NCBI GenBank assembly: GCA_001793095.1 | Contig: MGHG01000009.1 | Coordinates: 221,849 to 285,848, forward strand | DNA length: 64,000 nt | Origin: Candidatus Woesebacteria bacterium RIFCSPLOWO2_01_FULL_39_23 | GTDB taxonomy: Bacteria > Patescibacteriota > Microgenomatia > UBA8517 | Direction: 5' to 3' | Shown here: positions 41,148 through 49,323 of the stretch, piece by piece | How positions within the stretch are numbered: the first letter of the stretch is position 1 | How the letters are laid out: each line of letters begins with the position of its first letter | Notes under the pieces: generated by a model | Seen by the model: the letters and a program-made list of their open reading frames with translations, nothing else | What the model was told of the DNA's origin: nothing | The model's database searches: none | Made by a program: the position numbers and the translations under genes

Positions 41148-41800
41148 AAACTAAACCTCCATTTAATTACATCAAAAAAAATAGAAAAGGCATCCAATAT
41201 AGTTACGCCTTTTACCCCATCCAAGTATATCGTCTGAACAGTAACACTGCAATGTTTCAGGTTGCGTTTGGCACATCGCACGACCATTTCTGTCTCGACA
41301 GCGTAACCTGTTGAACTCCATATAATTTCCTTGAAAGCGGCTTGTGTTATCGCCCGAAATCCGCAAAGAAGATCGCTAACCTTTATACCAAAAAGTAAAT
41401 AAACTAATACTATGCCAATTCGATTTCCCATTCCTCTTATAACCGGAACATCACGAGCAATTCTTCTGACACCGAACACTACCTCGCATTTTCCTTTTTC
41501 AAGTTTTTCTATAAATTTACTTATATCATCTGGGTTGTGTTGACCGTCGGAATCAATAAAAATAACCGCTTCGGCACCGTTTGCAAAAGCATAACTCGCA
41601 CCGGATTTCATAGCAGCGCCTTTACCAAGGTTAACTTTATGCTTAATAACCGTTGCATATGGCTTCGCAATTGCATTCGTATTATCGGTCGAACCATCAT
41701 CAACTACCACAATATCATATCCTGTTTTCTTAACTCCTTCCAACACTTTTTTGATATGCTTGCTTTCGTTATAAGTAGGTATAACTATAAATATTTTCAT
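41144..41800 (-). CDS. Polyprenyl-phosphate sugar synthase (DPM1 / GtrB / ArnC-like GT2)
   Basis: MKIFIVIPTYNESKHI...DIVVVDDGSTDNT...IFIDSDGQHNPDDI...VVFGVRR, typical of dolichyl/undecaprenyl-phosphate mannose or glucose synthases. Confidence 0.85.
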   Translation of the reverse strand: MKIFIVIPTYNESKHIKKVLEGVKKTGYDIVVVDDGSTDNTNAIAKPYATVIKHKVNLGKGAAMKSGASYAFANGAEAVIFIDSDGQHNPDDISKFIEKLEKGKCEVVFGVRRIARDVPVIRGMGNRIGIVLVYLLFGIKVSDLLCGFRAITQAAFKEIIWSSTGYAVETEMVVRCAKRNLKHCSVTVQTIYLDGVKGVTILDAFSIFFDVIKWRFSL

Positions 41801-41812
41801 GACTTTATCACT

Positions 41813-42967
41813 CTAACTTATCCAATAACCTCTTAAAAATAAAGAACAACTTATAAATAACATCAATAATGCCAGTAAACTCAGTAAAACTTTTGCGATC
41901 CGATGTCTTTTATCAAACCAACTCGCAATTAAAATAAATGCCGGAAAGAGAACTATAACGTATCTTGGAAGCGACGAAAAACTACCGGATAAGGTGGGAA
42001 TTAAAAATCCCAAAGTAAGGTATACTGCATAGCTTATCCTAAGACGGAAAAAGGAAATTAGCATCAATAAAGTAAATATAACCGCAACAATAAACTCCAT
42101 CCAGGCAGCCAAAACCGCCGGGAAATATTTATAAGAAACATTCGGCAGGACCTTAAATACATAGCGATAAAAAACCTGCGGTAAAGAAACAAATACACTT
42201 GACCTTTGCTGACCGAATATTGACACGTTGTGGAAAAATTCAAGCGGGTCGCCCGTTCGAATAAAAAGAAAGTACATATAAATAAAAATTCCCGAAACCG
42301 ACACTATTATCGAGAAAATAAATCGCCAAGAAAGTTTCTCCCTTTTCTTTCTATCCAGCATCCCTTCGGTAACTAAGGCAGGAATGAGCGCAACACCGGC
42401 AAGCCTTGTAATTGCTCCCAAACCACAAAGTAAACCCGCAAAAAGCCATTTTTTCTTCCGTGCAAAATAAAATGACCACACGACCAGCGCAAAAAAGAGC
42501 GATTCAGAATAGACGCTGCCGAAATAGAAAGAGGTCGGGAATATCAGAAGTAGGATATAGGTAAGTTTGGAAACACGTTCCCCAAAATCAGTCCTTAGAA
42601 GTTTATAAAGCCCTGTCGATCCGACAAGAAAAGACAAATTAGAAACTATTAATGCACTGTAGTTCAGATTCTCCAAACCTGCGCCGATAAAAATACTCAA
42701 TAATTTTGTTGCCAGCGGATAAAGCGGGAAGAAAAAATACGTTAAAGGTAAATAACCTTGATAGGCAATTGCAAGGAAATGCTCGCCGTCAAAGTTCGCC
42801 CAAGACCAAAGCCAGGGATTTTTTATATAACTCTCTAACCCTCCGCCCAAAAAGTCTTTCTGTAATGGAAATAAAAACGGAGCAATTATTAAAATTAAAA
42901 AAAGCCCAATTCTCCACATTAAAAAAGAAGTAATTATAAATTTGAGATCGCTCTTTCGAAGATTCAT
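41813..42967 (-). CDS. Polytopic membrane mannosyltransferase-like protein (PIG-V / GT76-like GT-C)
   Basis: WANFDGEHFLAIAYQGYLPLTYFFFPLYP resembles the PIG-V WDS.HF..IAE.GY...AFFP..P signature. The start is set at the internal Met (MNLRKSD), giving an ATGA overlap with the GT4 upstream. Confidence 0.45.
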   Translation of the reverse strand: MNLRKSDLKFIITSFLMWRIGLFLILIIAPFLFPLQKDFLGGGLESYIKNPWLWSWANFDGEHFLAIAYQGYLPLTYFFFPLYPLATKLLSIFIGAGLENLNYSALIVSNLSFLVGSTGLYKLLRTDFGERVSKLTYILLLIFPTSFYFGSVYSESLFFALVVWSFYFARKKKWLFAGLLCGLGAITRLAGVALIPALVTEGMLDRKKREKLSWRFIFSIIVSVSGIFIYMYFLFIRTGDPLEFFHNVSIFGQQRSSVFVSLPQVFYRYVFKVLPNVSYKYFPAVLAAWMEFIVAVIFTLLMLISFFRLRISYAVYLTLGFLIPTLSGSFSSLPRYVIVLFPAFILIASWFDKRHRIAKVLLSLLALLMLFISCSLFLRGYWIS

Positions 42968-44103
42968 GTATTCGGATTTTTTATGACGTTTAAATAAACG
43001 GCTAGAGTTGCTTTCGCGGTTTTTTGCCAAGTATACGTCTCAGAGACTTTGAAACCTCTTTTTATAAATTCTTCCCTTAATTTGTCACTATCAACCAAAT
43101 TCTTAATTTTTTCGGCAAAATCTTCCGGACTATCGGGATCAGCAATAAGCGCAGCGTCATGTGCAATTTCAACCAAGGCTTGTGTTTTAGATATCACGAC
43201 CGGAGTTCCACTAGCCATCGCCTCCAAAACAGGAAGACCAAACCCTTCATATAGTGATGGTTGGCAATAAACAGTCGCAAGATTATATATACAATTAAGA
43301 TCTTCGTCGGAGACAAAACCCAACCTCTTTACCGATGGGTTTTTATTAATTTCGTCTAGTAACATCTTGTAATGCGCTTTCTCAGGGTGAGGTCGGTTTA
43401 ATAAAAATCTTAACCAATCCCTCGGTCCTTTTATTGCTTTGAGGTCCGTTTTCAGATTCCTTTCAATTTCCGAAGCGTGCTTGCCGACAATAACCAGGGG
43501 GACTCTTGCAATATCACACGCTTTTACTAAAACTGGAATGTTTTTATTGTAATTAACATCACCCACATATAAAACAAACTTTTTGGACAAACCAAATTCT
43601 TTTTTTATTCTCGCCAACTTATTGCGGTCTTTTAAGGGTTTAAAAACGTTTTTTGCGGCAAGATATGCCACTTTTATTTTACTTTCGTTAATTCCCAATA
43701 ATCTGACAATATCTTTCTTTGTTGTTTCAGTATCGGTAATAATCGCACTTGCCCGCTTTATTAACAGTTTTTGAATTAGGAAATTTATACGCCCCTTAAT
43801 ACCAGGGGGATAGTGTTTAGGGTAAAGCAGATAAATAAGATCGTGCACCGTAACTATCAGTTTTCCCCGATATTTAATTGGAACTGTCAAAAAGTAAGGA
43901 TTAAAAAAACTCGAGTGAATCAAATCGTACCTTCCGCTGTTTAATAATTTAGCGTTTGTCAAGAAATCGAAATCATCAATGATTAATCTTTCCAAACCGC
44001 TTCTTTCTCTCGATAACGCGTTTAATATCTCGCTCGTGTAAAATCCCACACCTCTTACAGCGTGCCCACTTTTTAATGGTCCGCTGTCAAAAGCAATTCG
44101 CAT
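42964..44103 (-). CDS. Glycosyltransferase family 4
   Basis: EGFGLPVLEAMASGTPVVISKTQALVEIAHDAA. Confidence 0.8.
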   Translation of the reverse strand: MRIAFDSGPLKSGHAVRGVGFYTSEILNALSRERSGLERLIIDDFDFLTNAKLLNSGRYDLIHSSFFNPYFLTVPIKYRGKLIVTVHDLIYLLYPKHYPPGIKGRINFLIQKLLIKRASAIITDTETTKKDIVRLLGINESKIKVAYLAAKNVFKPLKDRNKLARIKKEFGLSKKFVLYVGDVNYNKNIPVLVKACDIARVPLVIVGKHASEIERNLKTDLKAIKGPRDWLRFLLNRPHPEKAHYKMLLDEINKNPSVKRLGFVSDEDLNCIYNLATVYCQPSLYEGFGLPVLEAMASGTPVVISKTQALVEIAHDAALIADPDSPEDFAEKIKNLVDSDKLREEFIKRGFKVSETYTWQKTAKATLAVYLNVIKNPNT

Positions 44104-44145
44104 TAATTAATTTTACAGCTTATTTCATTCCCTTGAAATGAGAAG

Positions 44146-44883
44146 CTAGATGGCACCCTCTTCTTTACCTTTGTAATCTGAAGGATATATCTCAATTTCT
44201 TCCTGAAAATCGTCGTTTTTCAATATTTCGACAAATTTTTTTGCAACCCACTCGGGCGTAAAATACGCTTTACCTTTTAGATTTTCTTCCTTCTTTTCCT
44301 CCAAAGTCATTGGCCCAAACTCAGTTAGCGTGCTCCCAAGTGCAATATGAATAAAATGGATATTAGTATTCTTAAACTCAGCCGCCAGTGACATTGTCAT
44401 ACCCCTAAGAGCATATTTTGTCGCGCAATAAACACTCCTGCATGCTGTCGGAATTTTTCCCATTCCTGAGCCGATATTGATAATCACCGATTTCTCGCTT
44501 TTTTTGAGAAGAGGTAAAAGGGATTTTGTTAAAAAGAAAGGCGCAGTAACATTTATTGCCATAGAATCCTGCCATTCTCGGTACTCAACGTCTTCAATGT
44601 TTTTGTATATACCAACTCCCGCCGCGTTTATCAAAATATCAATATGGTCATTCTCTTCAATTATCTTCTTACACAAATCTTCAGTTTCATCAACTCTTGT
44701 GAAGTCAAACGCATAGTATTTGTGACCTTGTCCTTGAAGTTTGGTTAACAGAAGTTCAAGTTTTTCACTCGTTCTGGCAATTAAAATAAGTTTTGCGCCG
44801 GCATTTGCCAATACCTGAGATAAGGCACTCCCAATCCCACCCGTTGCCCCTGTTAGTACTACTTTTTCGTCTTTCAAATCCAT
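44146..44883 (-). CDS. Short-chain dehydrogenase/reductase (SDR)
   Basis: VVLTGATGGIGSALSQVL (TGxxxGxG) and catalytic YCATKYAL (YxxxK). Confidence 0.85.
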   Translation of the reverse strand: MDLKDEKVVLTGATGGIGSALSQVLANAGAKLILIARTSEKLELLLTKLQGQGHKYYAFDFTRVDETEDLCKKIIEENDHIDILINAAGVGIYKNIEDVEYREWQDSMAINVTAPFFLTKSLLPLLKKSEKSVIINIGSGMGKIPTACRSVYCATKYALRGMTMSLAAEFKNTNIHFIHIALGSTLTEFGPMTLEEKKEENLKGKAYFTPEWVAKKFVEILKNDDFQEEIEIYPSDYKGKEEGAI

Positions 44884-44978
44884 AAATTATTTCTCGAAAA
44901 AACCCATACTTCCAGGATACCACCATCCTTCCCCCTTTTGAACCTTGTAAGGTCTCACCTTTAAAGGTAGCATAGAGT

Positions 44979-45659
44979 ATGCCTGCTAAAAATGTGGTAA
45001 AAACCTATATCAATAATGGCATCTATCATATTTACAACCGTGGTGTAGAAAAAAGAAAAATATTCCAAGATAAACAGGATTATAATATTTTTCTGAACTA
45101 TATTAAGGAATATTTAAGTCCGCCGCCTGATATAAGTCAGTTAAAAACTCAATTCATTTTGCAAGGTGAGACCTTTAAAGGTCTACGAAGGTTACCACGT
45201 AATTATTATAAAAAAATTACTCTGATAGCTTACTGTTTACTTCCAAACCACTTTCATCTATTAATAAACCAAAACTCCACAGATGACATGCAAGAATTTA
45301 TTAGATCACTTTGTACTAGATACTCAATATATTTCAATAAAAAATACGACAGAGTGGGCGGACTGTTTCAGGGTCCATATAAAGCTGTTATTGTTACTGA
45401 GGATAATTATTTGCTCCATCTAAGTCGATACATACACCTTAATCCAAAGGATTACACAAAAGATATTATTAACACTTATTCTTCTTATGCCGAATATATG
45501 GGCCTAAGGAGGACGGAATGGGTAAAACCAGATATTGTGCTGGGTTTTTTCAACAACCCAGCTACACAAGAACTTATCAAAACTAATAATTATCGAGATT
45601 TTGTGGAAAAATACATTAAAGATTCTGAAGCGATTCTAGGTAATATGACACTTGAATGA
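44979..45659 (+). CDS. tnpA: Y1 (HUH) transposase, IS200/IS605 TnpA / RAYT-like
   Basis: YHIYNRGVEKRKIF...YCLLPNHFHLLIN (HuH motif) ...GGLFQGPYKAVIV...LHLSRYIHLNP (catalytic Tyr region). It is the only plus-strand gene in a minus-strand block. Confidence 0.75.
   Translation: MPAKNVVKTYINNGIYHIYNRGVEKRKIFQDKQDYNIFLNYIKEYLSPPPDISQLKTQFILQGETFKGLRRLPRNYYKKITLIAYCLLPNHFHLLINQNSTDDMQEFIRSLCTRYSIYFNKKYDRVGGLFQGPYKAVIVTEDNYLLHLSRYIHLNPKDYTKDIINTYSSYAEYMGLRRTEWVKPDIVLGFFNNPATQELIKTNNYRDFVEKYIKDSEAILGNMTLE
45159..45182. repeat. Loop-flipped internal copy of the IS-flanking hairpin inside tnpA
   Basis: TTGCAAGGTGAGACCTTTAAAGGT is identical to the flanking 24-mer except that the central CTC is GAG and there is a T>C change at position 4. 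It encodes LQGETFKG. Confidence 0.5.
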
Positions 45660-45739
45660 TCTTATTGTAAGGTCTCACCTTTAAAGGTTAACTACTGCTT
45701 TATCTTTTAAACTCATTTTTTGAAACGACAACGCTAATT

Positions 45740-46072
45740 TCAATTTTTTGCTCCGAGGGGAAGTTTTTTTACTGCGACAACAAACCTGGCCGGGTACAGC
45801 TTTACAAGGTGTTTTATATATTCATCATTAAATTCCTGATAATTTTCCATATCAGTTAGAAAAACTTGTGCAAAGACAATATTTGAAGCATCTAATCCTG
45901 CATACTTTAACTCTACCAAAATATTATTCATTGTCTGAGATATTCTTTCCGCAATCATTCCTTCTAACACTTTCCCTCGGGGTGTAAATTCAATTTTTCC
46001 AGAAAAGAAAACCAAATCTTTTGTCTCGATAAATGGAGTAAATGGTAAATCTGCCATAGTTAGTTTAATCAA
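45740..46072 (-). CDS. RidA / YjgF / endoribonuclease L-PSP family protein
   Basis: FSGKIEF...ISQTMNNILVELKYAGLDASNIVFAQVFLTDMENYQEFNDEYIKHL..YPARFVVAVKKLPLGA matches the RidA fold motifs (SGQ-like start, PAR..V.V..LP C-terminus). Confidence 0.65.
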   Translation of the reverse strand: MIKLTMADLPFTPFIETKDLVFFSGKIEFTPRGKVLEGMIAERISQTMNNILVELKYAGLDASNIVFAQVFLTDMENYQEFNDEYIKHLVKLYPARFVVAVKKLPLGAKN

Positions 46073-47048
46073 CTCTGTTTTGAGGTTTACCTTTAGCTAA
46101 AGCGACAATATTATCTACCCAAATCTTATATAAATTTTCCAGAGCTTCTTTGGTATACCATGCAAACCCTTTAAAACCAACCGCATTTTCAAGTTTTGCC
46201 AGAGGTGTGTGAACTAAGTCTTCTCCTTCGTACACGTAAGTATCAACCTTTCCTGACTTCAAGGCTTGAGCCATCGCCTTCTCGCCAACCAACTCCCTAT
46301 CCACGGTATTTACAATAATTACACCTCTTTTCAATTTTGCAATTTCCGATTTTCCAATCATGTTATTATTTGATACCTCGTGAGTAGCATTCAAAGAAAT
46401 CATATCGGATTCTCTTAACAGCTGGTTTAAAGAAACCATCTTTACCCCTTTCATCTTTTTTGGAGATCGATTATAGGCAATAACATTCATGCCAATTCCA
46501 GTACCAAGCTCTGCAACTCTGCTTCCAATATTTCCCAAACCTATGATACCAAGAGTTTTACCTTTCAGTTCAAACCCCTGCACCAGTTCATATTTTCCTT
46601 TTTGAGTCTTTCTATCAGAAATAAAAATTCTCTTTGCTGCACCAAGAAGAAATACTATCGCCTGCTCTGCAACCGATTCTTTCGAGTAACCTGGAATATT
46701 ACTAACGGGAATTTTGTGTTTCTTACACCAATCCTAGTCAACCCAACCAAAAGAAGTTGTCGATAAACAAACTCCTTTTAAACCAGGTACAGATGCCATT
46801 ATTTTAGTTAACTTTTCTTTTGCTTTCTCAAAACCGCCCAGAGGATCAGGGTCTACACCTATAATATCTACGTCTTTAGCCATTTCTAATAACTTATTCT
46901 CCTGTAGTGCCTCTCTGGTTTTTGTGTAAGATACTTTACCGAGCGAGGATAGTTTTTTCTGAAGTTCGGGGGAGAAACTTGATTGAGGATTAAATATAAC
47001 TATCTTCATAATCGTACTATAGCACTCTAAATCAAAAAGTAAATGCAA
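46065..47048 (-). pseudogene. D-isomer-specific 2-hydroxyacid dehydrogenase (glycerate/phosphoglycerate-DH-like) interrupted by a single in-frame TAG
   Basis: N-terminal catalytic-domain fragment (46737-47048) and NAD-binding fragment (GKTLGIIGLGNIGSRVA, 46065-46733) are in the same frame, separated only by TAG at 46734-46736. Read-through gives a colinear protein of about 327 aa: ...SFGWVD*DWCKKHKIPVSNIPGYS... TAG is used as a genuine stop elsewhere, for example at 1339. Confidence 0.6.
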
Positions 47049-47128
47049 CTAAATATTTTCAGTAAATCAACTTGCAAAAATCACCATGCCCGTGCATATC
47101 AAGATTACATTATTTTCGAATACGACTA

Positions 47129-48022
47129 TCATTTCCTCTTACTATTAAGAGACCAATACTTAAAATATGAAATCGGATAGTGAAGGGAAGAAAACGTGCT
47201 CCAAAGAAAGCCGCGTATGCCGTCCATAAACCCGCGATGTCTCACATATAGACTTACAAATGTAAGAGCGGGTTTGTATAAAGTATAAAGAATTAAGAAG
47301 TATGCATTTTTAGGGACACGCCTGTCTTTTAAATCCTGCGCATGTAAATCAGTATAGCGGTTCATACGCTCTAAATATCTCCTTAATGTTGGTGAGTCGT
47401 GGTGTTCCAAATCATGAAATAACCAACCGACTTCCCCATCAACCTCCATTAGCTCATGAACAGATTTTCCCGGTAGTCTTGCTTTTCCTTTCTTAAAAAG
47501 ACGTATTACCCCGTCTGGATAAACCCCGGCGTGAATTAAAGGCTTACCCAAGAAATAATTTAGTCGGGGTATGAAAAAAGCCACCACTTCTCCTGTGTGG
47601 CTACCCAGTGCACCTTCACGCTGCCTGATTAATCCCTCGTGTCTCCTGAATAACCTCTCCTTGTCACCCCTAACTCGTTTCGGAACCGATTCTGAAATAA
47701 ATTCAGCATGACGGTCTGTTAATACAGATTTAATTTCTTTCGCTAAGTCAGGTGTTACAACTTCGTCGGCATCGAGCTGCAAAATCCACTCCCCCGTCGC
47801 TTTATCTATGGCCTTTTGCTTCGTAATATGAAAATTCGTCTCGTAATGAAATTCATATACTTTAGCACCATAGGATTTAGCAATTTCAACCGTATCATCT
47901 GTAGAATATTGATCGGCCACTATAATCTCATCGGCTAAATTCTTTACCGAATTTAGACCCCGATCGAGATTTTGCTCTTCGTTCAAAACCGCTAAGACAA
48001 CTGATATTTTTTGTCTAGTCAT
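47129..48022 (-). CDS. Glycosyltransferase family 2
   Basis: ISVVLAVLNEEQNL...EIIVADQYSTDDTVEIAKSYGAKV...QLDADEVV (DxD). Confidence 0.7.
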   Translation of the reverse strand: MTRQKISVVLAVLNEEQNLDRGLNSVKNLADEIIVADQYSTDDTVEIAKSYGAKVYEFHYETNFHITKQKAIDKATGEWILQLDADEVVTPDLAKEIKSVLTDRHAEFISESVPKRVRGDKERLFRRHEGLIRQREGALGSHTGEVVAFFIPRLNYFLGKPLIHAGVYPDGVIRLFKKGKARLPGKSVHELMEVDGEVGWLFHDLEHHDSPTLRRYLERMNRYTDLHAQDLKDRRVPKNAYFLILYTLYKPALTFVSLYVRHRGFMDGIRGFLWSTFSSLHYPISYFKYWSLNSKRK

Positions 48023-49313
48023 GAATTATTAACTTCGCCACCTCTAGTCCATTTTCTACCGCATAATTAGTACCCCTGTCCCACGGATACACCTGCTGAA
48101 TATTGGATAAATATAAGCCTTGGATCGGTGTCACAAACGGTGGAATAGACTTCGAATAATTTAAAGGAAGTATCGGTTGTGCAAAAGGCGTTTTGAATAC
48201 ATAAATATTATTTATCCATGACTTTCGAAACTTCGGATTAATTTTATTTAGATACGGATAAAAAATACCGAATAATTCATCATCAGTTTTTTGAAAATAG
48301 TCATGATTATGAGGCAGGTAGTTACCTATGTACATTAAATGCGCGTTATCATAATACTCTTTATTCATATAATTCGTGTGTTCGACCACTGCTAAGAAGG
48401 GGAAGTTTAAATCGTTAATATTTAACCAATAAGTTCCATCCTCTAAAAATTGATGCTTCAAAGAAATCACCATATTTATCGCACCCAAACCTTTGAGCGG
48501 AGACAACTTTGCTTTATAGTTTATTGGTAAATCCACGGCCATTTTTAGAAAAAGAGGTGTCGGGAGCGTGCAGATTACTTTATCGAATTCATATTTTCCA
48601 TTTCCAGTTGTAATCGTTATTTTTCCATTCTCTTCTGAGATTTTATAAACCGACGTATTATAAAAGATCTTGCCGTCATTTTTTCTTATTACTGTATCGA
48701 GTCTTTCCGCAAAAGCCAAAAATCCCCCCTTAGGATAACCGAGCGAGCTACTTCTTTTATTAATTCTTGTCCAAAACCATGCAGCAGAAATCTCATCCGC
48801 ATAGTTACCAAACTTTTTCTCAAAGAGCGGTTGCCATAAAACCTTCCATGAGGTGTTACCCATGTATTTAGTTAAAAAAGATTTCGCTGTGATTTTTTCA
48901 AGTTTCTCCCAATCACGAATCATTTTCAAATATGCAATTACTGCACCAGTTCTTATGCGTTCCCGAAGAGGAAGAGCGGTAAATTTCATGAGGCTCATCG
49001 GAGTATCAAGTTGATAAATTTTCCCATGATAATACGTGGATGTTTTAGGTTGTAAGTAAATTAATTCTTGTCCGATCTCTTCAGCTAAATTTCTTATTGC
49101 CCAGTCTGAATAGAACAAATGATGGTAGTGTTTCTCAATAGTCCATTTCCACTTTGGCTCTTTAAAACCGATTGCAAGCCCACCCGGTTTTGTGTCTGCT
49201 TCAAAAACAGTTACATCACTACCTCCTTGTGCAAGTTTGTATGCACTGGCCAATCCCCCGAAACCTGCACCGATAATAGCAACTTTCATAGGATACTGAA
49301 ACAAGTTCAGCAT
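48015..49313 (-). CDS. FAD/NAD(P)-binding oxidoreductase (amine-oxidase / phytoene-desaturase / protoporphyrinogen-oxidase-like)
   Basis: MKVAIIGAGFGGLASAYKLAQGGSDVTVFEADTKPGGLA dinucleotide-binding motif. 432 aa. The substrate is unknown. Confidence 0.55.
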   Translation of the reverse strand: MLNLFQYPMKVAIIGAGFGGLASAYKLAQGGSDVTVFEADTKPGGLAIGFKEPKWKWTIEKHYHHLFYSDWAIRNLAEEIGQELIYLQPKTSTYYHGKIYQLDTPMSLMKFTALPLRERIRTGAVIAYLKMIRDWEKLEKITAKSFLTKYMGNTSWKVLWQPLFEKKFGNYADEISAAWFWTRINKRSSSLGYPKGGFLAFAERLDTVIRKNDGKIFYNTSVYKISEENGKITITTGNGKYEFDKVICTLPTPLFLKMAVDLPINYKAKLSPLKGLGAINMVISLKHQFLEDGTYWLNINDLNFPFLAVVEHTNYMNKEYYDNAHLMYIGNYLPHNHDYFQKTDDELFGIFYPYLNKINPKFRKSWINNIYVFKTPFAQPILPLNYSKSIPPFVTPIQGLYLSNIQQVYPWDRGTNYAVENGLEVAKLIIHD

Positions 49314-49323
49314 GACATTAGCG

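Larger units (their letters stand above)
44945..45688 (+). mobile_element. IS200/IS605-like minimal insertion sequence (tnpA only), bounded by identical 24-nt hairpin repeats
   Basis: TTGTAAGGTCTCACCTTTAAAGGT is present at 44945-44968 and again at 45665-45688 as a direct repeat in the same orientation. The two copies flank a Y1 transposase gene. The total length is 744 bp, typical of IS200. Confidence 0.6.

Noticed and set aside
41172-41366. 64-aa ORF nested within the DPM1-like GT2 gene
   Set aside because: It is in the alternate frame of a high-confidence CDS.
44104-44145. Weak hairpin TTTCA-TTCCCT-TGAAA between the GT4 and SDR genes as a possible terminator
   Set aside because: The stem is only 5 bp with no following T-tract, and it lies between co-oriented, probably co-transcribed genes.
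44951-44956. GGTCTC (BsaI recognition site) recurring in every copy of the 24-nt repeat
   Set aside because: It is simply part of the hairpin stem-loop. There is no evidence of any restriction-modification relevance.
46734-46736. Possibility that the in-frame TAG reflects an alternative genetic code (stop-codon reassignment)
   Set aside because: TAG terminates at least one other well-supported gene in this window (1339-1341), and long ORFs end on all three standard stops. A point mutation or sequencing error is more parsimonious. It is kept as a finding but not as a recoding claim.
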